64,000 nt of DNA from Histomonas meleagridis 2922-C6/04-290x. Its lineage: Eukaryota; Protista; Parabasalia. The position numbers and the translations under genes were made by a program. The notes beneath the pieces were generated by a model. That model saw nothing but the letters and a program-made list of their open reading frames with translations, searched no databases and was not told where the DNA came from. Each line of letters opens with the position of its first letter. Position 1 is the first letter of the stretch. This document shows, piece after piece, positions 1-11,352 of this stretch. The stretch spans positions 186,001-250,000 of the forward strand of contig JAANOX010000153.1 of assembly GCA_020184695.1 (NCBI GenBank), in the 5' to 3' direction.

Positions 1-5
1 GCAAG

Positions 6-1814
6 ATGTCAGATATTGTAATCCCAAATTTATGTCTAATAATCGATAGTTATTCATTCTTTAGTTGTTCAAATTTAGTTACAATTACAATTAATAATAA
101 TGTTCTGATAATAGGAAGTTATGCATTTAGAGAATGTTCATCATTAACAAATATCGTAATTCCGAATTCAGTTTATTCCATACAAAATTATGTATTTCAA
201 TCATGCACTAAATTGGAAACAGTTATCATTGGAGAAAATGTTGAGACACTTGGAAACTATTTATTTGATGGTTGTACTTTGTTAAAAAAAATTACAATTC
301 CAAAGTCAGTATCATCTATTGCATCACTTACTTTTGCATCATCAAATATTCAATACATCAATGTATCTAATGAAAATAATTATTATTCCGACAATAATGG
401 TATTCTTTATAACAAAGATTTTACATCATTCATTTGTTATCCAATAGGATTAACAAGTGAAACATATAATATACTAAGTTCAGTCATTTCAATTGAAAAT
501 AATGCGTTTTATCATTGTTCATCATTAGTAAATATAAAAATACCAAGTTTGGTTACAAAATTTGGAAGCTCTGCATTTTCTTATTGTACATCCTTAACAA
601 ATATTATAATTCCAAATTTGGTTACAAAAATTGAAAGCTCTGCATTTTCTTATTGTTCATCATTAACAAATATTATTATTCCAAATTCAGTTACTTTAAT
701 TTCAACTTATGCATTTCGTTCGTGTACACAGCTAAATACAGTTACTATTGGTGAAAATGTGAATACAATTTCAAATTATGCATTTCAAGATTGTACTAAT
801 CTTAAATGTATATATTTTACAGGCAATGAAGCTCCAAATAATATTTATTCATATGCGTTTACTAATGTGCCAGCGGAATCTGTTATGACATCCGATTTAT
901 ATCAGGGAACAACTTTTGGACCATTAAACGTAGCCAAAGGTTCAACAGTTGGCGAATGTGATTCATATCCATGGCCAACACACACATTCACAGATTCAAA
1001 TACATATTCACAAAGCAATACATTCACTAAATCTAATACATTTTCTCAAAGTAATACATATACTAAATCAAAAGCATTTACACAAAGTAATACATTTACT
1101 GAATCAAATCCATTTTCTCAAAGTAATACATATACTAAATCAAAAGTATTTACACAAAGTAATACATTCACTAAATCAAGAGCATTTACACAAAGTAATA
1201 CATTTACTGAATCAAATCCATTTTCTCAAAGTAATATATTCACTAAATCAAAAGTATTTACACAAAGTAATACATTCACTAAATCAAATCCATTTACACA
1301 AAGTAATACATTTAATGAATCAAAACGTTTCGATGAGACATATATTCATACAATATTTATAACCCAATTATACACACAAACAATTATTTCCAAATCTATT
1401 TTTACTAATTCTATTTCTCTTTCTATAATTAATTCATCTTATTATTATGTTGAAACTTTATTCATTTATTATGAATATTTAGTTATTGAATATTCATCAT
1501 ATATTTCATATTGTTCAGGTTTTTATACCGTTTTAAATCAAAATGAAACGAACAACAATCAAATTAATAATCAAAATATTATAATTATTATTTGTGTTTG
1601 TGTTGTAATAGTTATAGTTATTATAATTCTTATTGTAATAATTATTCATTTTCATCACAAGAAACAAATAAATGATGTAAACAGTATGAATGATGTAAAT
1701 GTTACTAATGATAGCACATTTTCAATGAATAACTTTTCCATGAATTTTGCTAATATCGAAGAAGACCCATTTGCAGTTGATTTTAAAGAAAATAAATTTA
1801 ATGGAAATATTTAG
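6..1814 (+). CDS. BspA-like (TpLRR/LRR_5) leucine-rich repeat surface protein with Ser/Thr-rich repeat stalk, C-terminal TM helix and cytosolic tail; possibly 5'-truncated by the window edge
   Basis: Repeated xIPxSVTxIxxxAFxxCxxLxxI motifs; FTQSNTFTKSN stalk repeats (about 985-1330); hydrophobic IIIIICVCVVIVIVIIILIVIII; tail NIEEDPFAVDF; frame is open to position 3. Confidence 0.9.
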   Translation: MSDIVIPNLCLIIDSYSFFSCSNLVTITINNNVLIIGSYAFRECSSLTNIVIPNSVYSIQNYVFQSCTKLETVIIGENVETLGNYLFDGCTLLKKITIPKSVSSIASLTFASSNIQYINVSNENNYYSDNNGILYNKDFTSFICYPIGLTSETYNILSSVISIENNAFYHCSSLVNIKIPSLVTKFGSSAFSYCTSLTNIIIPNLVTKIESSAFSYCSSLTNIIIPNSVTLISTYAFRSCTQLNTVTIGENVNTISNYAFQDCTNLKCIYFTGNEAPNNIYSYAFTNVPAESVMTSDLYQGTTFGPLNVAKGSTVGECDSYPWPTHTFTDSNTYSQSNTFTKSNTFSQSNTYTKSKAFTQSNTFTESNPFSQSNTYTKSKVFTQSNTFTKSRAFTQSNTFTESNPFSQSNIFTKSKVFTQSNTFTKSNPFTQSNTFNESKRFDETYIHTIFITQLYTQTIISKSIFTNSISLSIINSSYYYVETLFIYYEYLVIEYSSYISYCSGFYTVLNQNETNNNQINNQNIIIIICVCVVIVIVIIILIVIIIHFHHKKQINDVNSMNDVNVTNDSTFSMNNFSMNFANIEEDPFAVDFKENKFNGNI

Positions 1815-2316
1815 ACCGAAAATTATCAAAAGCAGATGTTAAAAAAATGAAATTTGAAATTTCTATTCAAAAAATTCATCATTTTAACATTGATTTACCC
1901 TTAACACATATAAAATACTTTATATAAATTTAAAGTTTCTCCAATTAAAGTGTTTTCCACATAAAGTTTTGGAGACAATCAGTGTTATAACATATTATTT
2001 GATTGTTTTTTCGACTCGAACAAAACTTATACCACCAAAGTTCCGAAATGCATTTGCATCATCATGCAAACTCCAACTATTTAAATTAGTATATTTTATA
2101 AATCTTTTGCAATATAAATAAAACTTTAAATAACAAATTTTTTAAAAGTGACAACCAATAAAAGTATTGATAAATATGAATTTTTTTTTTCTTTTTTGAT
2201 CTCTCTCCAAAATTTTTAATTCAAATTTCTCATTTTGTTAAAACTTACTCAAATTGCACATTTGCATTTACATTACTATACTTTTTATTCTACTTTTGAC
2301 ATTGCCATACACCATC

Positions 2317-3165
2317 TTAAGATGAATAACTGCTATCCATGAGATTGCAGCAGCAGCATAGCATATCCCCTTTGTACAAAACAACTAAAATTACAATGAT
2401 TTCCACGCATAGGACAACGATTCCTACGATCGTGATGATCTTTCCAATGTTTACAGCATTTTTATTCCACGAGTCATACTCAGTAAGTAAAACGTATACT
2501 TGCGGAATTAGTTCTTGCGAATTTGTGGTGAAAACAGTGTTCGAAAAATCGATTCTCAATGTTGATGAAGATGTTTGTATTTGATTTCCAATTTCCAATA
2601 AAGTAAAATCTCCTTCAAATTTCATCGGATAATCATTATTCGAACATTCATTTTCGATGCCAAAATGTTGTGTAATTAATGTTGAAAATGGACATCGAAC
2701 TTTATACATATCATTCGAACGTACATTTTCGAAATTAAAATCAAGTGAATCGAAAGTAGAATATTTGAGATTTTGATCTGCAATATTAGAATACGAATGA
2801 AGAAAATTTGTATATAATGATAATGATATGTTATGCCATTGCATATTATGTACAATATAAAAAGAATAAGAATGATCAATTGGAATTCCACTTAAATGAG
2901 TTTGAATGGAAAATAAATTATTAGAACTTATTGAAGGAGATGTTTCATTAGTAACGATATACAAACTTCCTTCATTTGCCTTAAATAATGGAATTGTTAG
3001 TATGCCTTGAATTTTATCATTATAATGGTCTTTTGACCAAAAGATTGCACCGGCTATTATTAATCCAATACATACTAAACCAACTATCAAACCTTGTAAA
3101 AAAGTTGCAAAAGCAATGATCATACATTGTGCATCTTTTTGATCCCGCTCAAAATAAGGATCCAT
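2317..3165 (-). CDS. Hypothetical membrane protein with two TM segments and a Cys-rich C-terminal tail
   Basis: 282 aa ORF; hydrophobic stretches near both ends; MLCCCCNL tail. Confidence 0.7.
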   Translation of the reverse strand: MDPYFERDQKDAQCMIIAFATFLQGLIVGLVCIGLIIAGAIFWSKDHYNDKIQGILTIPLFKANEGSLYIVTNETSPSISSNNLFSIQTHLSGIPIDHSYSFYIVHNMQWHNISLSLYTNFLHSYSNIADQNLKYSTFDSLDFNFENVRSNDMYKVRCPFSTLITQHFGIENECSNNDYPMKFEGDFTLLEIGNQIQTSSSTLRIDFSNTVFTTNSQELIPQVYVLLTEYDSWNKNAVNIGKIITIVGIVVLCVEIIVILVVLYKGDMLCCCCNLMDSSYSS

Positions 3166-3529
3166 GAACTTTGGAAAAAAATATCCAAAAAAGTGTCATT
3201 GTAATTTTAAATGCATTTAAAAAGGAATTGAATTGTTGTAAAATAAATTTTGAATGAACATAAAATTAATTCTGAGAGCAATAGATTTATGACAGAACGG
3301 TTTAGTCAATGCCCCACAGCTGTGTAAACTGGGAAAGCAGTTAGCGGCACTTTTCGATCGGTTTTGATAGAATCACGTTCAAAAAGTTAAACTGATTTTT
3401 TTTCCAATTGTTTCAGATGTAAAATAAAGAAATTAAATCAAAAAAGACGAACAGCAATAATTCACTATCAAGGTAGAACATATGTTTCTTCAAAAGAAAT
3501 TATTGTAAAAACATTTTACTTCAAACAAA

Positions 3530-4540
3530 TTATGATTCTTCCTTTTCATCTTCATCCTTCTCTTCTTCCTCTGTTTTTTCTTCTTTCCTTTCTTCTTGCT
3601 TTTGTTTATCTTTGCTTTTCCTTCTGAAAGCAGATTTTCCAATTTTAATAATTGAATTAAAAACGATCAGGAAAAGTGACGATAGAAATGTGAGGAATTT
3701 CACACCCAACTCGATCAGAGCCATCTTTATCCCGCTCCCTGATGTTTCTAGGCCGTCAACCCAGTCGCTAATGATGTTCAATCTTGTTGAGATATAATCT
3801 GCCGTTTGCGTAATTCTTTGTGACTTTTCAGATATTGTATGAAACCTTTTACTAAGTTCTTTGATGTCGTCATTTGTTTTTGAAACCTTACGATCAATCT
3901 TTTCTATATCATTGGAAATAGAGCTTAATGAAGCATTTATTCGATATTTGTTTATTTCAAATTGTTGAAGAGGAAGATCAACAATTAATCTGCTTTCCAA
4001 TTTAGATGGCAGCTGTTCAAGAATTTTTGTACCATCTATTGTGGATTCTGGTGAAGAAAATTTTGGAAAATTATCAACAGGAGGAATAAGCTGTGATTTA
4101 AACCTTTTAGGTTTAATGGCAGGCTTTGTTTCTGGTGATATAATGATATCTGATTTATGCAAATTTTCCGAAAAAATATTATTTTCTAAAGACTTATTTT
4201 CTAAATTTTCTTGAGGTGTTGACTTTGTTGACTGTGTGACTGCTGAAGATGTTTCATCACTTGGAGAATCAAAAAATTTACTTGAATGTGATTCTAATGT
4301 ATTTTCTTTGCTGTGGAGTTTTTTTACAGGGGCATTTGGGAAGACTTTAGTTTGCGCGGAGTAATGTTCTGGATCTTGAAATTGCATATCATCAAGGAAC
4401 TTTTCTTCTGCATCTTCAGGAATAACAAGATCATCTTGAAAATTTTTTTCTCTAAATTTTGTTGTCATATTTGAAGAGTTTGCAAAAAATTGTGGTCTTA
4501 ATAATGATACACCATGCAGAGGAGAATTTTCTTGAGTCAT
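3530..4540 (-). CDS. Hypothetical protein: low-complexity N-terminus, coiled coil, C-terminal hydrophobic helix and charged tail
   Basis: 336 aa ORF; heptad-like IEKIDRKVSKTNDDIKELSKRF; FLTFLSSLFLIVF. Confidence 0.7.
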   Translation of the reverse strand: MTQENSPLHGVSLLRPQFFANSSNMTTKFREKNFQDDLVIPEDAEEKFLDDMQFQDPEHYSAQTKVFPNAPVKKLHSKENTLESHSSKFFDSPSDETSSAVTQSTKSTPQENLENKSLENNIFSENLHKSDIIISPETKPAIKPKRFKSQLIPPVDNFPKFSSPESTIDGTKILEQLPSKLESRLIVDLPLQQFEINKYRINASLSSISNDIEKIDRKVSKTNDDIKELSKRFHTISEKSQRITQTADYISTRLNIISDWVDGLETSGSGIKMALIELGVKFLTFLSSLFLIVFNSIIKIGKSAFRRKSKDKQKQEERKEEKTEEEEKDEDEKEES

Positions 4541-4630
4541 AAGTTTTATTAGATTATTTTAACTATGTTTGTTCGAATTTTCGATCTAAAAAAATGAAGA
4601 AAAAAATATGAATTGAATCACAATTTTTAC

Positions 4631-7600
4631 TTACTCGAATGGAACTATTGGATGATGCTTCTTAGCTGGCGTAGCATGAAAAACAAAAGAAGAAGGGATT
4701 CCACTATTATTATTCTTTTGTATTCTCTTAGCAAATAATGCGAATAAAATCATTGGTCTTAAAGATTTAATTTTTTCTTTTTGATGTGCTTTCTTCTTTT
4801 CACCATCGAATGCTATATTTGAAAGATATCTCTTTTCGTTTCTAAGCGTTTCAACTTTTCTAATTAAAGCTTTTTGATTAACAGAAGCTAAAATTATTTC
4901 TTCAATAGATTTTCTAATTTCTTGTATTGGTTTAAATTGTAAAGAATCCGAAATTTGATTTGCTAAAGAACGACACCATATTGACCATTGATTAGCATCA
5001 GCCCTTAAATCATTTAATTTATTATTTTCTCTTTGCAACTTTTCATTTTCGATATTAATTTTATTAAATTTCGTGTTTAATGATTCGATTTTATTGTTTT
5101 GTTTTTTAATTTCTTCGCGAATGTTTTCAAATAATTTTGTTAATGTTAAAGTTTTAGATAGATTAAGCTTCTTTCGTAATTTTAATGAATCTATAATAAA
5201 TTTAGAATCTTCTTTTCTTAATTGAATTTGTTCATTAATGATTGGTATGATTTGATTAATTTCATCAATTTGATTTTCTTCAGTTTTATCAAAGCCGAAA
5301 ATTTCAATTAAAATTTTAACAAATAAATTTTTACATTCTTCGATTTTTTGTTGGAGATTTTCTACATTTAAAAGATTTTGTGCTTTCATAGATAAAATTA
5401 TTGAATTTTGTTTGACTTCTGAAGAATCTTTTTCTCTATTTAATGCATCTATAGTTGATTGAAGTTTTAATGAAAGGTTTCGTTCTAAAATTTGAAGTTT
5501 TGCATTTTGTAATTGTAAATTATGTTTAATTTCATCGAATTTATTTATTTCTTCATATGCCTTTTGAAGTTCATCTTGTGATTCTTGATAATCTTTCTCA
5601 AGTTTTTCAAGAACGTTTTGATATTTATTAGTAATATCTTCATTCGATTTTCTAAGTTCTATTAAAGTTTTACTATTTGAATTTTCAACTTCATTTAATT
5701 TTTGTTTATATTGTTTCCTACGATTTTCGATTTTTTCAAGTTTATTTTCAAGTTCATCAATTTTGTTATTAGAATTATTAATATTAATTTTTAGTTCTTC
5801 ATTTTCTGCTTTAGAATTTGATATTTCTTTTTGTAGTTCATAATTTTGTTCTTGAAGTTCTTTAATTTGTTGATCATAAATTGAATTTTGTTCATTACTT
5901 TTTTCTAATTTATTTTGGAGTTTATTAATTTCATTTTGTTGTAATTCAATTTGTTTGTTTGATTCTTCTAATTGTGAATTCATTTCTTGAATCGTTTTTT
6001 CATTCTTTTGTTTTAACTTATGAATTTGTTGATTGATAACGTTTGATGCATTTTCAATATCTTTACAAAATTGTTTTCGCTTTGATTTTTCTTTCAAGTT
6101 TGATTGTTCTATTATACCTTTTAATGTTTCGACTTCATTAACAATTTCATTATAATTACTTAATAAATTTTCTCGTTCTGATATTGTTGGGATTTTTTCA
6201 TTAAATTCTTTAATGAATTGTTCTGAAAGTTGTTGGAAATCATCCGAAGGATTTTGTACATATTTATTAAATAATTCCATTAATTTTTGATTTGTTAACA
6301 TTTGTGAATTTTTCCATTCTTCGAATTGATGCATTTCTAAATTATGTTCATATTGTAACTTTTCAAAGCGTTCATTACTTTGTACATTCTTTGTCTTATT
6401 TGATAAAATAAGATTTACTTGTGCCATACACAAAAATAATGTAAACAATTCAGAAATTGGTGATTCATTTAATTCTTCTTCATTAACTAATTGTAAAAAT
6501 ATTTCTGCAATTTTTTCAGGACTATTAATTTCATCAGGCACGAAAATGGAATTTGTAAATTCTTTAATTGGTAATTTTATATTTTCTTGATCAATATAAT
6601 TTCCAATTCTTGCACAAGCAGTTAAAAATTCGGATTTTTTATCGACATCAATTTCATAATTATTTGAAATAGATTTTAAGTATTGATAAGCATTTTCTAA
6701 ATGTGATAACATTATTTGATATCTATTTTTAAGTTCCATTAATGATTGTTCATTTTCTTTTGATTGTTTTTCAATTTGTTCATTTTGATAATAATCAATT
6801 AATATCTTTGATAACTTTAATATGATTTCAGAAGGTGTTAAATCATTAAAGGTTTCATTTTGAAGTTCTTCAGGAAGATTTTCTAATATTTCTTCTATTG
6901 CTAATTGAATTTCTTTTTGTTTTTGTTCTTCTTCCTTTTCATAATTTAATTTAATTTTCTCATTTTCTAATTTAAGGCTTTCTTTTTCTTTATTCATTTT
7001 TGTTAAAGTTGATTCAAGTAATGAGATAAAATTAGAACATTTATTCATTTGTTGAATTATAGAAGTTCTTTGTTCATGAAGATTAACAATTTCATTTGAT
7101 TGAGATTCACATAATGATTCGAATGATGAAATTGTTTGTTTATACATTTGTAATTCTTCATCGTTTTTATTAGTTGAATTTACTTTACTTTTATTTATTT
7201 CCCTTTGTTTGGTTGTCTTAAGTTCATTAATCTTCAATTTAAGCTCATTATTAATAGTTTCATGTTTTGCTATTTCCGTTTCTTTATTATTAAGTTCACT
7301 TGTAAGTTGACGAATATTTATTTTATTTTCTTTACATTTACGTTTTAATCCTTTAATAATTTCTTGTTGTTCTTTAATAAAATTGGAATTTTCTTCATTT
7401 TGAGTTTTAACTTCATCAATTTCATCAGAAAGTTTTTGATTCTCTTGTTCTAATTCATCAATTTCTTTGTTTTTGTTTTCAATATTTGTTTCATTTCTTT
7501 TGATTTTATCATTTAATGCAGAGATTTTAGCTTCATATAAAGTATTCGTACTACTTTTCTCAGTTCCTTCATTTATTTTATTATTAATAATAGCTTCATT

Positions 7601-8290
7601 TTGTTGTAAACTATTTTTTAATGATTCAATTTCATCTTTTTGCTGCTTAATAATAGTTCGAAGCTTATGCGTTTTAGCTTTAAACCTTTTGGTTAATTCT
7701 TGTGTAATAACATTAATATCATTTGCTGGTTGTGAGGCTTTAATTTCTTTGATTTGCTTTTTTAAGTGAAGAGATTTATTAAATTGCTTTTGATATTCAT
7801 CATTAGTTTTCTCTAATTGTGATGATATTGAAGAATTTTGATCTTGTAAATACTTAAGTCTATCTGATGTTGATTCATATGTTATATAAAAATCAGAAAG
7901 TAATGATGTAGCTTCAGTCAAATTTTTGCATTTTTGACTTGATTTTTCATTTAAAAAAAGAAGAAACATATTGATTTGAGATTCGAGGTCTTTGTTTCTA
8001 TTCGTAAGTTGATTATTTTCTTGGACTTTTTCATCATATTCTAATTTTCTTTGATTTAAAGTGTTTAATAACTCAGACTCTTTAGATTGGGATTCTTTCC
8101 TTTCATTATCGAGTTCTTCTTGATACTTACCTTGCATAATTGATAGTCTTGCTTTAAGATCCCTAATTTGATTTTGTAATTCCATTATTTGAGTGGATGT
8201 TTGAGATTTTAGTCCTTTATCTTGGCTTGAGTTACCTTGTGTCTCGCCAAAAATATCATTTTCAGACCAAGGCACGCCAAAACTCTTCAT
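4631..8290 (-). CDS. Long coiled-coil protein
   Basis: 1219 aa ORF rich in E/K/Q/N with heptad periodicity throughout. Confidence 0.8.
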   Translation of the reverse strand: MKSFGVPWSENDIFGETQGNSSQDKGLKSQTSTQIMELQNQIRDLKARLSIMQGKYQEELDNERKESQSKESELLNTLNQRKLEYDEKVQENNQLTNRNKDLESQINMFLLFLNEKSSQKCKNLTEATSLLSDFYITYESTSDRLKYLQDQNSSISSQLEKTNDEYQKQFNKSLHLKKQIKEIKASQPANDINVITQELTKRFKAKTHKLRTIIKQQKDEIESLKNSLQQNEAIINNKINEGTEKSSTNTLYEAKISALNDKIKRNETNIENKNKEIDELEQENQKLSDEIDEVKTQNEENSNFIKEQQEIIKGLKRKCKENKINIRQLTSELNNKETEIAKHETINNELKLKINELKTTKQREINKSKVNSTNKNDEELQMYKQTISSFESLCESQSNEIVNLHEQRTSIIQQMNKCSNFISLLESTLTKMNKEKESLKLENEKIKLNYEKEEEQKQKEIQLAIEEILENLPEELQNETFNDLTPSEIILKLSKILIDYYQNEQIEKQSKENEQSLMELKNRYQIMLSHLENAYQYLKSISNNYEIDVDKKSEFLTACARIGNYIDQENIKLPIKEFTNSIFVPDEINSPEKIAEIFLQLVNEEELNESPISELFTLFLCMAQVNLILSNKTKNVQSNERFEKLQYEHNLEMHQFEEWKNSQMLTNQKLMELFNKYVQNPSDDFQQLSEQFIKEFNEKIPTISERENLLSNYNEIVNEVETLKGIIEQSNLKEKSKRKQFCKDIENASNVINQQIHKLKQKNEKTIQEMNSQLEESNKQIELQQNEINKLQNKLEKSNEQNSIYDQQIKELQEQNYELQKEISNSKAENEELKININNSNNKIDELENKLEKIENRRKQYKQKLNEVENSNSKTLIELRKSNEDITNKYQNVLEKLEKDYQESQDELQKAYEEINKFDEIKHNLQLQNAKLQILERNLSLKLQSTIDALNREKDSSEVKQNSIILSMKAQNLLNVENLQQKIEECKNLFVKILIEIFGFDKTEENQIDEINQIIPIINEQIQLRKEDSKFIIDSLKLRKKLNLSKTLTLTKLFENIREEIKKQNNKIESLNTKFNKINIENEKLQRENNKLNDLRADANQWSIWCRSLANQISDSLQFKPIQEIRKSIEEIILASVNQKALIRKVETLRNEKRYLSNIAFDGEKKKAHQKEKIKSLRPMILFALFAKRIQKNNNSGIPSSFVFHATPAKKHHPIVPFE

Positions 8291-9543
8291 TCTAAAAATG
8301 GAAGTTTTGGACGTTAAATTGGCGGCAATTTGGTTGCAATTTCTTTAAAGAAAACGGTCGAGAATTTGAACGTTAACGCTGAGGTTCTTCCAGTGTTGCC
8401 AACAAAGACAAATTTTACCAAAAACCATTATCTATCAAGCATTGTCCAAAGACAATTTATATCTAATTTTTGAAATATTACTAAATTTTGGATGATTTTA
8501 ATGTGTTTTATTTTGAGCAGATCTTTACCCAAATTGGGTGACACAGTAATCTTAAAATGATTATATTTCATAAGCCACTATACATAACAAAACAGTAATT
8601 CATATTTTTCAACCAATTTAGATGTTAATAAGAAATTAATTAATTCATGAAATCAAATAAAAACGAGAATAAAAAACGATCAAACTCATTTCAATTAATA
8701 ACAAAAAAATTTGCTAGAATGAGTTAATCAAAATTTCTTATTGCATGGATAGTATAATATATGATTAGCAAATACAAATTATATCTTTTTCGTATAAAGT
8801 TGAAATTGGCAATCAATTTTCGATCAAGCATATGAAATTAATAAAATTTCTTTTTAAATACATGAATCGAATGTCTTTAATAATTTGAATCTGACTCTAA
8901 AATTGATCGTAAGAATACAAATATGTCAACCAAAAACCAATTTTAAGAAATTGATCATCAAAAAATAATATTCTCCATAATTAATAACAACTCCTTTGGC
9001 TTTATTTTAACTTAACACTGACTTTCTGAATACATTCCACAAAGATATATGTAATTTCCTTAAATTTAAAACAGCAAACCATATTTCAAAAAAAGATGAC
9101 CATATATTCATTGAAATTTTTCATTCATTTGTAGAAACAATTCAATTTCTTTTAAAAAATATATTTAATTAACTTGATGAATACATGAAATAAATCATAT
9201 CAACATCAATATTCTTACTCTAATACATAAGCAAACAACATATTTATCTTAATTTCCTTTTATTTAAAACATATTAAACAATATCACAAATATTCAAAAA
9301 AATCAAACTATAAAAACACCGATGAATTGAAATTCAGAAAAACGCACAGGATTTCTGGCCCAGTTTTAACTTTTTGTATTGATTAATGAACCGTTGCCAA
9401 AACATTATTCAATCACAAAACAACAAATAATGCAACGATAAAAAACCATTCCAAAAGCTTTTTGAGTAGGGGTGATAGGTAATTGAATTCTCCATTGTTC
9501 GTTCCAAATGCTGGTCAAAAAGTGAAATGTCATAGCCATTAAA

Positions 9544-10470
9544 ATGATTGTTTTTCTTGCTCTCCTTCATGTTGGAGCAAACGAAATCAGAAATATAAAT
9601 GAAGGTATGACAAATGATATAAAGTTAAAGCTTCTTACCAGCGACATAAATTCAAATGAGGAGAGTTCACTATCATCTGAGGAAACATCTGAGCAAACCA
9701 CTGAGACATCTTCACAATCGTCTGAGGAATCAACTGAATCTTCGCAATCATCTGAGGAGTCAACAGAGATATCCACAGAAACATCACAAACATCTGAAGA
9801 CTCAACTGAAATGTCGACAGAATCTTCAGAATCATCTGAAGAATCAACACAGATTTCCACAGAAATGTCAACAGAGACATCTGATGATTCAACAGAAGTA
9901 TCGACAGATACATCAATAGAATCTTCTGAATCATCTGAGGAGTCAACAGATATATCCGCAGAAACATCACAAACATCTGAAGACTCAACTGAAATATCAA
10001 CAGATTCTTCAGAATCATCTGAGGGATCAACAGATAGATCAATAGAATCTTCAGAATCTTCTGAAGAATCAACACAGATTTCCACAGAAATGCCAACAGA
10101 AATAACGACTAATGTTCCAACCGAGGAAACTTCACAAGCGACTCAGGAAACAGAAGATTCTTCATGGTCAATGGAGACAACAATTGAATATTCAGATCTG
10201 TTCGATAACGCAACAAACACAACAGATTCCAGTAACACTGATTCTGGCATGCTCAGCCCGACATGGATTGCAATCATCGGCATTCTCGTTGTTCTTTTCC
10301 TTACAATTTCTGTCAACTGTATAATTTTCCTTGTTGTTCTTCCTCGCATAAAAGCCAAAAAAGCAAACAATGAAGAGCCAACTCCAGGCGAAGATTTAAT
10401 GAATAACGAAGACGATTTAGAAAATAATGAAGACGAATTTATTGAAGATAATTCATCAAATGATTCATAA
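9544..10470 (+). CDS. Ser/Thr/Glu-rich mucin-like single-pass membrane protein
   Basis: Short hydrophobic N-terminus; imperfect SSESSEESTEIST repeats; TM WIAIIGILVVLFLTISVNCIIFLVVL; acidic tail. Confidence 0.8.
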   Translation: MIVFLALLHVGANEIRNINEGMTNDIKLKLLTSDINSNEESSLSSEETSEQTTETSSQSSEESTESSQSSEESTEISTETSQTSEDSTEMSTESSESSEESTQISTEMSTETSDDSTEVSTDTSIESSESSEESTDISAETSQTSEDSTEISTDSSESSEGSTDRSIESSESSEESTQISTEMPTEITTNVPTEETSQATQETEDSSWSMETTIEYSDLFDNATNTTDSSNTDSGMLSPTWIAIIGILVVLFLTISVNCIIFLVVLPRIKAKKANNEEPTPGEDLMNNEDDLENNEDEFIEDNSSNDS

Positions 10471-10589
10471 AAAAATTCTTAGAGTAATTTTCATCAAGAA
10501 ACACAAAAAAAAACGCTGGGCCTGGGAAAGGAAATCTTTTGTAATAAAAAATTGAATTTCAAAATAATTATTGATCTGATATTCTTCGT

Positions 10590-10922
10590 TTATTTCTTGC
10601 CTTTTCTGCCCTTTGGAGCTGCTTCGGCTTTTGGCGCTTCTTCTACAACTTCTTCCTTGGCTCCTGCTGGACGACCATAGGCAACAAGTTTTGAATGCTT
10701 AATTAAGCAAACAATTTTGCCATCAGCTTCAAGTTGCTTTAAAACTTGACGAGCAACTGTAAGAGAAATCTTATAACGATCTGCAAGTTTGGATGGTGTG
10801 ATGAGTTTGCTACGTGGCACTGCCTTTTCAATTTCTTCCGCAACTTCGGAAAGGAGGACTGTTGCCCAGTCTCTCTTTTCCTTGTTTGTAGTCTTGGTCC
10901 ACTTCTTCTTGACTTGTGGCAT
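10590..10922 (-). CDS. RPS25: 40S ribosomal protein S25 (eS25)
   Basis: KKKWTK N-terminus; VPRSKLITPSKLADRYKISLTVARQVLKQLEADGKI matches the eS25 core. Confidence 0.92.
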   Translation of the reverse strand: MPQVKKKWTKTTNKEKRDWATVLLSEVAEEIEKAVPRSKLITPSKLADRYKISLTVARQVLKQLEADGKIVCLIKHSKLVAYGRPAGAKEEVVEEAPKAEAAPKGRKGKK

Positions 10923-10925
10923 GTA

Positions 10926-10930
10926 AAAGG
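10926..10930 (-). promoter_or_regulatory. M5-type core promoter element (CCTTT)
   Basis: CCTTTTACATG directly upstream of the RPS25 ATG; M5 is the element described for trichomonad ribosomal protein genes. Confidence 0.55.
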
Positions 10931-11352
10931 CTGGCCAAGACGATAGAAGGGCAAAACATGGGATAATAACTTTTTCAGATATTTACATAAAGAACATAAA
11001 ATATAAATATCACTATATTTTTATATAAGAGAGAGATATAACCTACTCAAACCATGCTGACTATTTTTTTTATAGATAGTATATGAGCTAAAATATCATT
11101 TTATTATAAACTATAGAAATGAATTTGAATATGTATTTTTATTTATTTAAATAATTATTACATTATTAAAATGTGTTTATGAACAAGAATTGGTTAATTT
11201 ACTTAGCGCACAATACGAGGAATTTGATGTTTTTATTAATCGAATCTCAATTTCCACTTTTTCAATTTACCGATCATGGCAAAAACAAACAGCCGTTTAT
11301 TTTTCTGAAAAAATCAGAGCCCTCTGATTTACTCAATTTTTTACATTGACTA

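Noticed and set aside
949-1362. His-rich ORF (HLHKVIHLLNQ repeats) and the antisense/alternative ORFs over 9567-10096
   Set aside because: Shadow frames of the Ser/Thr repeat stalks
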